A stretch of DNA of 62,886 nucleotides, filler included, from Asterionella formosa (Eukaryota), in assembly GCA_002256025.1 (NCBI GenBank). It is 9 parts of 9 records of this genome, joined end to end, with 100 filler letters (N's around TTAATTAATTAA, not from the genome) between each part and the next. Parts side by side here need not be neighbours in the genome. Positions count along the whole stretch, not along the records: positions 1 to 25,603 come from NKIB01001925.1; 8 more parts are not named here. One strand, 5' to 3'. Positions within the stretch are counted from its first letter, which is position 1. The number at the start of each line of letters is the position of its first letter. A program made the position numbers and the translations under genes. The notes below the pieces were generated by a model. That model had not been told where the DNA came from, ran no database searches, and saw only the letters and a program-made list of their open reading frames with translations. Positions 1 through 10,123 of this stretch are shown here, in pieces.

Positions 1-2241
1 GCAAAGCCAGTTTGGAGGTTTAACTCATCAGGAGGGAGAGTGGCAGTCTCTGTGGGCGCATTGATGTTCTGTTGTGGTTGGGTTAGTTGAATTTCAGGGT
101 GAAGCAAGACATTATAGTTCAGGGGATACCATCCTCGTTCATAAATTGCTTTCTTGTTTGTGGCAATATTTGCAAAGGAATTGTCCCATGCCGTATTCAC
201 CAGTCCAACAATGTCGACCTTGTTAATTGTAAGCTCTTGCCTGTGATCTGCTTTTAAGGTGAGCAATTTGCGTTTTGCTTTTGTGATGTTCATTTTGAAA
301 CAACCGTTTTGCTCACTACTGTCTCCAACCTGCCAGTAGCTTGTACCATAAGGAACACCAATACAGACTGTCCAATTGTGTACTGGGTTGTTTATGTATT
401 CAAGGAACAAAATGTCAAATCGAGACCCATGTCCATCAAGTATTAGGAATGGTGGGGGCCCGTTGTTTCGAGGAAAGATGCCAGAGTCATCCATGTGCTT
501 TAGCATGCCAACCAGAAGCTCTGCAGTGATTGAGCCGTTTTCCGACACACAGCAGTATGTAGGCAACTGTTTCCCTTCCACATCACAGACTGGTCCTTGT
601 GGATATCGTTTTCCCTTTCCGCTGTTGCCATGTATGTTTTCATCTTCTCCTTCCCAAGCAGCAAACGGATCTAGGCCAAGCACCCATTCGTCTTCCAGGG
701 CTTTTGCGGCAAAAATAATTGCGCACATGATTGGTTGACCATTGGCTGCAGTGAATCCTAGGACAGTAAAGTGTGCATCTTTGGTCGAGGCCCGGATTTG
801 AGGACGGCCACCTGCAATGCAAAGAAATTTTTCGCCACCAACGTTGCCATCTTTTGTTTGGGATGTATTGGAACCAACTTCGTCCACAAAGAGGAGACGG
901 TCAGGTCTGATTAGCTCATATTCACTTGCTAACCCAAACGCTTCCTGCTCCTCAACTACTAACCCTTCTTTTGAGTACCATTGTTTGCTTGGGTTTCGTC
1001 TTGCAACTCCTCCAGCCACCATTTCTTTATAGACGTCTTTATACATTGACAAGAAGGACTGGTACGTACACCAATCTGCATATTTGCTCTCAAACTTTAC
1101 TCCCTTCTTTGCTGTAACTAACTGTGCATTTCTTTTCATAAATGCTTTTCCAATAGGATTTCCCAAGTTCAGGCTTTTTGTTGATTTGGAATGGAATGCA
1201 ATTTGTTTCTCTCCAATTGTTCACCTTTGCCATAGTTTCAGTACCAGCAATCAAAGAGTTGGCAAGCATCAGTCCATCAGAAACAGAGATTGGGACCCTC
1301 ATTTTTGCAAGTTGTTGAATGAGTCCAACAAGATAAGGTTCAATCTCATTCATTGGTGATTGATGTCCATGTTTGCTAATATGATGCTGACCATTCTGAA
1401 CCTCACCACTCTTCTTTATTTTGATTGCTGCTCTGCTTCTGACTGTTTCAAAACTAATCTTCACATTAGCAGGTATTCCATTCCTTTCCTTGGCAGCATC
1501 AATGTTCAAAGAAATTGTTCCTTTGGAGGTACGTTTGTTGTTATTTTTGCTGTCTAGCATTTTATTCATGTACTCATCTGTTGCTTCACTCAATGCTTTT
1601 TGCATCTGGGATTTTTTGCTAATGGTGGCAGCAATGGTGGCACCTTTGGGCCGTCCACCAACAGTTGTATTACTCATGTCCTCCTTGTTTGTTTTCGTTG
1701 TGTTTGTATTTGCCTCCAAACTTCCCCAGGTAAGCACACCATTGTTTCCAGTTTCATATGCCAAAGTGCCCATTGTAAACTGACTATTATAATGCTCACT
1801 CACACCTTCATTGTTGTCATCTTCTTCCTCCTTGACAATTTCATATGAATTATGAATGAGATTGCTGGGAAATAACAAGGCAAAGCTTCCATCAGCATTC
1901 AAGAATTAGGTTTTAGTAGGGCCACAATGGTCAGGTTTCAATGTAGACACCATGGTTGCAGTTGATGGTTCAAAGAGGGATGAACCAGAAGTAGTATACA
2001 TAGTAGTACTAGACTTAACTTCTAGTTTAGCACTTCGTTTTAGTTCATTCTTCACTTGGTTAACAGATATCCAAGGGAAAATGCATTGCTTAGCTGATAC
2101 TGTCCTAGAAATAGCACCATAAGGCATTTTTCCACCATTGTTAGCCTTCTTAGCTTCTAGCTCCCTAATCACATTGTTACGACAAATCTGAACACTGACC
2201 AACTCTTCAGGAGACAATTTCTGCCTTTCGAGGCAAGACAT
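1..2241 (-). pseudogene. pogo/Tc5-like DDE_1 transposase, two lesions, 3' end runs off the window
   Basis: ORFs 1906..2241 and 1090..1902 are in the same frame, separated by one TAA. An extra A at about 1146-1149 shifts the frame, which then reads open to position 1 with LFVDEVG...FTVLGFTAANG...FLILDGHGSRF...WQVGD (DDE_1 catalytic motifs). A CENP-B/Tc5-like helical region lies before the shift. Possible terminus ...AAGTGG|TA at 2781, with subterminal GCGGTGGCTTA x2. Confidence 0.8.
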
Positions 2242-3804
2242 TGCCTTGTTGAGGCGCTTTCGAGGTCATGATGTTGGTATTGTGATGGGTGATGGGTGAC
2301 TGTTGTGTGTTTGCATTTAATTTTTGTATTCATAATTCGGGCGCGCCAGGAATTCCTATTTGACGTTTTCCATTAGTGAATTTATCTCTTTATTATGGCG
2401 CACGAGCGAAAGCGCAATGACGTCGTAGCCATATTGAATAAATTTTAGAGGATACTAAATTAGTTTTCTAGCGGAGGAATATTATGATAGCTGCATACGT
2501 ATATAAAAGGTGATGCTTGCTCAATCGAGTAAACATGAAAATATCCAATTTTCGCAATTTCACGTCGACAGCAACCTTTGGGCGATAATACCTAATTAAC
2601 AATGTACACAATGCAACAATACAAGTACGGAAGTATTTACTCGCTATATAAATCTGAACAACTCGTTCGTCACAATAAATAGCGTATCTTGTAAAATAAG
2701 TTCAAACCGTGCGTTTACTCCGTTTAGCGGTGGCTTAAAGTTCAAAAGTGGCCGTAGCGGTGGCTTACAGTTTTTAAGTGGTACCCCGCGTTGGTACCTG
2801 GTATGTACCCCCTCTGGGTGAAAACAATTGAGTCTACTTACTGTAATATCTTAAAATTTCTCCGGGGCCATTTTGACTCCTCCTACGATATTCCTCGGCT
2901 TAAGGTTGCTGGATTTGAAACCCTAGGCAAAAATTAAAATATTGCTTAGGGTTGCCAAAATTCCCTGGAATTAAGAATTTGATTAGCTATTCTTTGAATG
3001 ACGTGATTCCATTTGAAATATTTAAATCAGTCGAAATTTGCGAATACGTACATAGATTCCTTGTCGAAACCGCTAAATTTATATAGAGAGAGACTCTTGG
3101 TTGCTGTATGTGTATATACGCTAAATATATGATCAACAAGTATCCATGGACAATCTTTTCTATACTCCGATTAATGATTATATATGCTATGCATTGAATC
3201 TGCTCGACATATTCAAATCATTTAATATTTATAAATATATATTTAGATACTACTACATCGCTTCATGTGCATACACCAGTACTAAAATCTATTCTCCCAT
3301 CGACGACTATGAGTCATGTATACATCTCAGCGGCTCGGCAAATATTTGAAAGTGCACTCAAGGAGTGGTACGCATATGTCCAATGATGATCATCAACTGG
3401 TACCCATCACGAATATAGAACTGGACTGTCAGTACACCAAGAAAATGTTACATGTTCATCCAATGTGGCCGGCGTGGTTTTGCAAGATCTCGCAAACCAG
3501 GCCAATCAAGCAGAGGAATGTAATTCACATTCACCAATCATCATATTATATATGTGGAAGCAGGCACTTACAATGGAATTTTCTGGTCAGGAGATTTTAG
3601 GGATAAAATTTCCGGCACACGACTACCATTCCAATGATGACGTTTTGGCACTTAATTATTCTGATTCCAATATTTTGGCGACCTTAGAAAAGGCCGATTT
3701 TGTCGAGTTTTTGGACAACAATGGCTAAACATTGGCTGGGTATGATGGCGATTTCGATACATAGTAGGTAACTTTCAAATAGCATCAGTATATAGCTTCT
3801 GGCG

Positions 3805-3918
3805 AGAAACTGCAGAAAGGAACTTCGTTTTTATTACTATGCCAAATAAACAGATTTCCCCGAATTTTCGAGTCGTTTTAGCATAGTTAAAAAACCGAAG
3901 TTCCTTTCTGCAGTTTCT
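3805..3918. repeat. Hairpin with perfect 23-bp inverted arms
   Basis: AGAAACTGCAGAAAGGAACTTCG (3805-3827) is the reverse complement of 3896-3918; pairing continues imperfectly inward. Confidence 0.85.
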
Positions 3919-3937
3919 GAACAGATCCTATGTCCTG

Positions 3938-4900
3938 GAAGGTCCGGTAATCAGCGCACGTAGCATTCAGGTTGCTCGTTTTCTGTTCATCGATTCACAA
4001 CGAAAAAAAGGAAGGGGTACACCCCAAAATTTGTCGAAACCCTAAATTTTGCGCCACTCAGATATTCTTGAACTAGTTGTTTACATAGACGTTAAGCCCT
4101 TACTTGTTTTATTGTCAAAATGAACTTGAATTCAGAAGTCAGTAAGTTGAAGTCAGCAGTCAGCGATTTCATGTCAGCAGTCAGCAATTTTTTCACATTT
4201 TCAGCGAATCAAGTCAGCAGTCAGCGAAACGAAGTCCGCAGTCAGTAGTTAGCAAGTTAACGTCAGCATTTTTACAATAGTACCGGTATATGGTGGTAGC
4301 AATATCACGAAGTAGGTAGCAATGAATTTATTTAGGCATCAATGTCGATTTCACAGTTTATTATCATGTACGGAGTACAAGGTACCAGGTACCAGGTATG
4401 TCTATGTTACTCCCAATAGTATAGTATGAACGTAGAAGGCATCGCTTTTAGCATCCCAACAACAAAAAGATGATGCGTTTCCATCGTTATTCTGACATGA
4501 AAAGTAGACACAATTCGTACACCGGTAACGGTAGTCGGTCTCTTACTATGTACAAAGTAGCTTGTTTGACGTCAGCATGTTGAAGTTTGCAGTCAGCAAA
4601 CGGAAGTCAGCAGTCAGCGAATATTTCATATTTTTAGCAAATCAAGTCAGCAGTTAGCAATAAGAAGTCTGCTGTCAGCAAGCTGAAGTTGGTAGTCAGC
4701 GATTCTGCGGTGAACGGTGGCAGCGTTTTTCCGTTTGAAAGTTTATAACGGCTACAGGTTATTTAAAAAAATTGAAATAATTTGAGATTTTCATCATTTC
4801 GGAATTGGTTAGCCGGACAGACTTCCAATGAAGTAGTTTGAAACCGCTGCGTGGAATTTTTAGTATATAGCGCGCGCAATTTGCTGATTACTGGACCTTC
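3938..4900. mobile_element. MITE, PIF/Harbinger-like, 3-bp CTG target duplication
   Basis: TIRs GAAGGTCCGGTAATCAGC (3938-3955) and GCTGATTACTGGACCTTC (4883-4900), 17/18 match. CTG on both flanks (3935-3937, 4901-4903). Two internal clusters of AGTCAGC motifs. Confidence 0.8.
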
Positions 4901-5789
4901 CTGACGATACTATATAGAGTGGACCTACACCTACTTAGTCCGAATACTGTATCTAAGCATATGGAAAAAGGGTGTGTACTGGTGAAAGCTCTGTTGAGCG
5001 TTATACATATTTATTTTAGACGTAAAAAGTAACTGGTTGATTAGTCTGACTCAATATTTTGCTTTTAACCCTACCTCGAGATAGGGGTTCAAATGCAGGA
5101 ACCTTAAAATTGGCAACTAAGTATCGAAAAAACGTTTTTGGGCTTTATCGATTTTCACTTATGTATGGCTATCGTCTCGAGCAAAATGTAGATGCATTAG
5201 GACCCATTTTCTTCGAAACACCTACCATTACTCTCAAAATACGTACCAAGTACGATATAACAGTAAAACAACGGCAACTTGAGCTCATTTATGGAATGCG
5301 CAACCCCGAAAGTGGCTATGATGGGAACGAAGAAAACGAGAATGGTATGGTCATTTTGAGGATTGTTACCATAAAATATCCGGTGGTATGGTCCGTGTAA
5401 ATGCAACAACCATTAAAAGTATACTGAACAACAGTTATTCTATTCACATTATAATCATTAGCAGAGGAATACTGGAGCAATACTCTGGTATCATCATACA
5501 CTACTCTCTTGAATAAGAGTACTAGGGGGATTTATGTGTGCTGTAAATGCCATTTTCTGGCACTGGTGATTTCATCTGTCGCCACATCTTGATGACTGAG
5601 GAGAAGGCAGATGGCTTGTTTTGATATTTTAATGAGGCATTTATTTGCCTCCCATGTGTTTGTCTTGCATTTTGTGGTTTTTATGGCAGACTCTGATAAT
5701 ATTGTGCAGCTTTAGGATCTGTTTGGATCAAAATGAAATGTGGTGACATGATCATCGTCATGTCTTCTTGAATGAATAATGCATTTTAT

Positions 5790-6260
5790 TCCAGCCATTT
5801 TTTCAAGCAAGCTCACTGAGTTTCTTGTTGGTTTTGTTGTTTCTGTTGATTCTTTCATGTGTTTGTAGCTCATTGCATATGCTGCAGCTATTGTGTAGCT
5901 CAAAAGCGCCGGTGCAGACCTCCTTCTGATGCCAGTACATTGACACATGCGTTCTCCAAGTGAAAGATGCATGTTGTTGCGTTCCAGTCATTTTCATCAA
6001 GCTCCTTGAGTTTCTTGTTGTTTCTGTTGATTCTTTCATTTGTTTGTAGCTTATTGCATACGCTGTAGCTATTGTGTAGCTCATAAGCGCCGGTGCAGAC
6101 CTGCTACCGATGCCAGTACATCGACAAATGAGCTCTTCGCTCTACTGAATGATGCATGTTGTTGTATTCCAGTCATTTTCATCAAGCTCCTTGACTTTCT
6201 TGTTGTTTCTTAAGTTGATTCTTTCATGTGTTTGTGGCTCATTGCATACAGTGTAGATAT
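5790..6260. repeat. Degenerate tandem repeat, about 190-bp unit, about 2.5 copies
   Basis: CAG(C/T)CATTTT...CAAGCTC...TTTCTTGTTG...GTTGATTCTTTCAT recurs at about 5792, 5985 and 6170. Confidence 0.75.
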
Positions 6261-7497
6261 TTGGTAGCAAGAGGGGTCTGATTTGATTGTGCGGCTGTAA
6301 ATACACATCACCCTCCATGGTGAGAGGGGGTGCTTACTACCAGTGCTAGTACTAGCTTTGTTTCTTTTGTTTACATTTGGATGCTTGGACGAAATTGTCA
6401 AAATTTCATATGCTGTATTGACCCACTGAGACTGAATTTTACGTCTTTCACATGGAACCTTTGCCGTAGTCACGTTTGTATTTTCCAGGTTGTTTTAGTC
6501 TGTATTTCCTATAGGTTAAACTTCTTCATCAAGTTTCACCAAACTTTTAGTGGAGTCTCTCAACAAATGCCTATAGTAATCCATTTTACTCCTTGCTTAG
6601 TATTTTGGAAAAATCGGCAATTGAAATGTCCCTCGACCACAATTTACCACAACAAAACCACTAGCAATACTAAATCAGCCAATTGATCGAAGAAAATGGT
6701 GGTGCTTTTGGTAGTGCCGGAGACCTCACAATTAGGGTAATATATAGCAAACTAAAGGAATTAATGATTAGCTAATATTATATGTTTTGGGGCGCTTTGA
6801 TGATCCGATGAATCAGTAGGCCATTTGCTAGATAATTTGCATGCAATTGGCAAATAAAAAGTGTATCGCTGAACAATCTATAATGATTATTCATCTCCAA
6901 GCAAAAATTAAACCCTTACCATGATGGATTTTGGATGCTCAATTTTCAGGCAGCTCAAACTCGTAAGGGAAAAACTGATGAGATTGAGCTGGTGCCTATG
7001 GAAGCAAATGACAGAATAAGCAAAAAAGATTGGTCTCAATATTTTAGGCTAAATCGAATTAAAGCTCCTAAATATAATTCGAAACAACAAGCCAGCCAGG
7101 TTTGTTTATTGAGCGGAAATCAAAGAGATATCCAAGTATCAATTTGATATTGGAATGACTATTGCCGACAAGAAGACGCACGTTGCACTATGATGATAAT
7201 GGCATAATTGCCACAACTTGCATGTATACTTCTAAAACACTGTGTACGGGTAATAACAGAAGTTATAGTAAGTGCGTGGACATACGTTACCAGTACCAGT
7301 ACCCGCACGGTACAAAATACATGAAATGCGACGTAGTGCGTATCATAAGGCATCATTATTTATGTTTGAACTCGTCAGCATTCCTTCTGCCTCCCACTTA
7401 CCAGTACCGGTAGGTAATTTATATAAAGCATCATTCATTTACAAGTACATCATTGTTAACTCCGTCGACTTTCCTTCGTTGCGTCGTCCTTCGCTCC

Positions 7498-8757
7498 ATG
7501 GTCCACTCGTCACCAAGTGACATCAAAGGCTGGCTAGCACCATTCCGATCCATTTGGAGGGCCGTAACATCTGTCGGCGACGTGTGGGAAAATGAAAACG
7601 CCGAATCGGCCTTCCGGACCAAGCAGTTGAAGTCGACACATGGCGGCGATTCGTTGAGAGTTGTCTTTCGCAACTGCACACCTCTTCCGTTGGTGCTGTG
7701 TTGGATTTCGGAACAGGGATTGCCTCACCATTTCTATACATTAGAGCCCTTTCGCGGTCTGCCAGAAGACCCGATTTCCAAACTGGATCACCTTGAGAAC
7801 TCTTGTGTCGGGCACGCCTTTGTCGTTGGGTACTGCGAGGACGTCGAAAACGCTAAAGCCAGCAAGAAAATAGATTCAATCCTCGGAGGCTATCGACCGA
7901 AAAATTGTGAACGAGATAATACAGAACTTCATTTTGTGACGGTGATGCCGGCCGTTCCTAAGTTGCGTACCTGTTGTGGGCTGGACGAACAACGAGAGAG
8001 ACAATACGTCTGTCTCAATGTGGAGTCTGTGAAATTCGATTCTACTCCTATTGACACGTCCAAGAAACGCATGGATGAATGCTTTTTGGGAGGTTGGCCT
8101 GTTAGAATAGAACCCGACTGCTTTCGAGATGACGAGAAGCTAGAAGAACTTTATTGCAACGATATTCGACACGCAATCAGTTGTTTACCCCAGCATGCTC
8201 GTGAAAAGCTCATCGAGAATACTCCTTTTTTCATCAACAAGTCGCTAGAATACGGCCCTGTCGATTTTCCTGTAAAAGGGCGAGCCATGTGTTTTCATCC
8301 GTCGCCCCCAACCTGGCTGGAACAAATGGGCATGTCGACAGAAAAGTGTGAGGCCATTGAAATTTATCAGGCTAGCGACTACTGGGACGACCACCAATTG
8401 TGGGGACCTGGTGGAGTATTTGTGCACGAATTAAGTCACGCCTATCATTGGAAGTGTCTCGAAGATGGTTACGACAACCAGCAAATCAAGGAATGCTACG
8501 AGCAGGCCATGAAGGAAGGACTTTACCGGTGCATCAAAGTTCACGGGACACAGGGACCAACAGCAAAAGGTTATGCATGCACAAATGAAATGGAGTATTT
8601 TGCTGAACTATCGACTGCCTTTTTGGGTGGACTGGATGAAGTGGAAGAGTACAATAAATGGTATCCCTTCAATCGGGCTCAAGTGAAGGAATACGATCCA
8701 AGAGCATACAAGATGCTGCAAGAAATTTGGAAGGTTAATTGTGAAGATAGTCAATAA
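7498..8757 (+). CDS. VHL beta-domain + HExxH zinc metallopeptidase (MtfA/M90, anthrax-LF-like fold) fusion protein
   Basis: Single-exon ORF, first ATG at 7498. N-terminal LKSTHGGDSLRVVFRNCTPLPLVLCWISEQG...YTLEP...SCVGHAFVV parallels the VHL beta domain. C-terminal VFVHELSHAYH...YACTNEMEYFAELS...WYPFNR...YDP. Confidence 0.8.
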   Translation: MVHSSPSDIKGWLAPFRSIWRAVTSVGDVWENENAESAFRTKQLKSTHGGDSLRVVFRNCTPLPLVLCWISEQGLPHHFYTLEPFRGLPEDPISKLDHLENSCVGHAFVVGYCEDVENAKASKKIDSILGGYRPKNCERDNTELHFVTVMPAVPKLRTCCGLDEQRERQYVCLNVESVKFDSTPIDTSKKRMDECFLGGWPVRIEPDCFRDDEKLEELYCNDIRHAISCLPQHAREKLIENTPFFINKSLEYGPVDFPVKGRAMCFHPSPPTWLEQMGMSTEKCEAIEIYQASDYWDDHQLWGPGGVFVHELSHAYHWKCLEDGYDNQQIKECYEQAMKEGLYRCIKVHGTQGPTAKGYACTNEMEYFAELSTAFLGGLDEVEEYNKWYPFNRAQVKEYDPRAYKMLQEIWKVNCEDSQ

Positions 8758-8782
8758 GTTGCTGTGTGAGTTCTTCTTTGTT

Positions 8783-10015
8783 CTAGATTTGGCGACAGCA
8801 GAACTCTTCGAAACGATTGGGGTAGAATCTCGTAGTTTCCAACGTCACATCACGGCAAAGATAACCCATTCGTTCGGCTGCAAGCAATTGCTCATTTGCC
8901 AGAAGTGCAGAACTGTGCAGGTATCGCGATGCATCCATTGACGTCAGGTGACCCTTCTCTGTTGATAGCGTCTTGAGCTTATTCGCCATGATTTCGTCGC
9001 TGAAGTCGGAACTTTGTATCACCTTGAGACCGGAAGGAAATTCACGCAGCGAAATACCTAGTTTCAATGTTGACATGTATCCCAGAGCCATAAGCAAATC
9101 ATCAGGAGAAATTAAATTTGTGCCCCTGGCTCGATTGTAGATGCAATACACGTCAGTCAACGTCATCGTTCCAATTTGCTTTAGTTTCGGCTCTAAAAAA
9201 TCGCATAATTGCCTCGCTAGAACTTCATAGAAATCATTTCCTTGGTAACTTTCCTTGCCTAGAGCAGAAGTCATTCCCATGTTGCTCATTAAATCGGTCA
9301 AATGGAGAGTGTCGTTTTCTTCGTGTTGGTCAGATTCCAATGTCTTCACATATTTATGAATGATTGCCACCAGTTCTGTTGCTTCAGCCAACAAGTCTTC
9401 TGCATCTCCTTTAAAAGCTTTTTCAGTGAGATTAGCAGCTTCCTTGTGTCTCAGCGCATTCTTTGTCAGGATGGCATCCACTCCCACTTTCCGTGAGGTC
9501 ATAGCTGTCGCAGTCGCCTTTTTTTGTTGAACACGAGCAGCCGACTCCCAAGCTTTGCGCTCTAAGCTCTTGAGAAGAAGTCTCAGAAATTCTTTTTGGT
9601 CCTTCTCTGGAGAACTTGTCTTAAAACAGAGAAGAAGCTCGCCGAGCGCAAATGTGCTAATGAGTATTTTTGGTGAAGCATTCCACGACACTATGCTTTT
9701 CCCCCCAGCATCTACAGCGGAATGGATCTGCGATAAATGTATAAATCGAGAGGTTCCTATGCCTTCTAGAAGAATTCTATGAGTCGTGAAAGTAAGCTTG
9801 AGGTGGATGTTGCGGCTTTTCCACTCTTCTCTTGGATTTGGGTTTGGATTTGGCAACAAGTCGTTGGATTCAGCCCTGAGCTCCAAGCCTTCTCTTCGCA
9901 TCAATTCCACTTCCCCATCGTCTACGTCTAGCTTAAATAACCCAGCTCCTGTCTTATCCGCCTCGGGGAGGCACATTAACGGAGACCAGGCTGGTTCAGA
10001 AGGAGAAAGCGACAT
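8783..10015 (-). CDS. VPS36: ESCRT-II subunit VPS36/EAP45
   Basis: GLUE-like N-terminus (LTFTTHRILL), KVGVDAIL, LARQLCDFL, MTLTDVYCIYNRARGTNLISPDDL, AERMGYLCRD...RFYPNRF. First ATG at 10015. Confidence 0.92.
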   Translation of the reverse strand: MSLSPSEPAWSPLMCLPEADKTGAGLFKLDVDDGEVELMRREGLELRAESNDLLPNPNPNPREEWKSRNIHLKLTFTTHRILLEGIGTSRFIHLSQIHSAVDAGGKSIVSWNASPKILISTFALGELLLCFKTSSPEKDQKEFLRLLLKSLERKAWESAARVQQKKATATAMTSRKVGVDAILTKNALRHKEAANLTEKAFKGDAEDLLAEATELVAIIHKYVKTLESDQHEENDTLHLTDLMSNMGMTSALGKESYQGNDFYEVLARQLCDFLEPKLKQIGTMTLTDVYCIYNRARGTNLISPDDLLMALGYMSTLKLGISLREFPSGLKVIQSSDFSDEIMANKLKTLSTEKGHLTSMDASRYLHSSALLANEQLLAAERMGYLCRDVTLETTRFYPNRFEEFCCRQI

Positions 10016-10123
10016 GGAGGCACAACAAGGAGCAAACACTTCGTTGGACGATGGTAAGATTTCCTATTCTACCTGGTACTATGTAATGCCAATAACATCA
10101 CTCCGAGTACCTGGTACCAGGTA

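Larger units (their letters stand above)
2904..5103. mobile_element. Non-autonomous TIR element with TTAA target duplication and GG...CC ends (Kolobok-like)
   Basis: TTAA at 2900-2903 and 5104-5107. Left end GGTTGCTGGATTTGAAACCCTA versus reverse complement of right end GGTTCCTGCATTTGAACCCCTA (19/22). No coding capacity; contains a nested MITE. Confidence 0.65.

Noticed and set aside
5059..5400. 113-aa ORF
   Set aside because: Non-ATG start, crosses a TE terminus, no recognisable domain.
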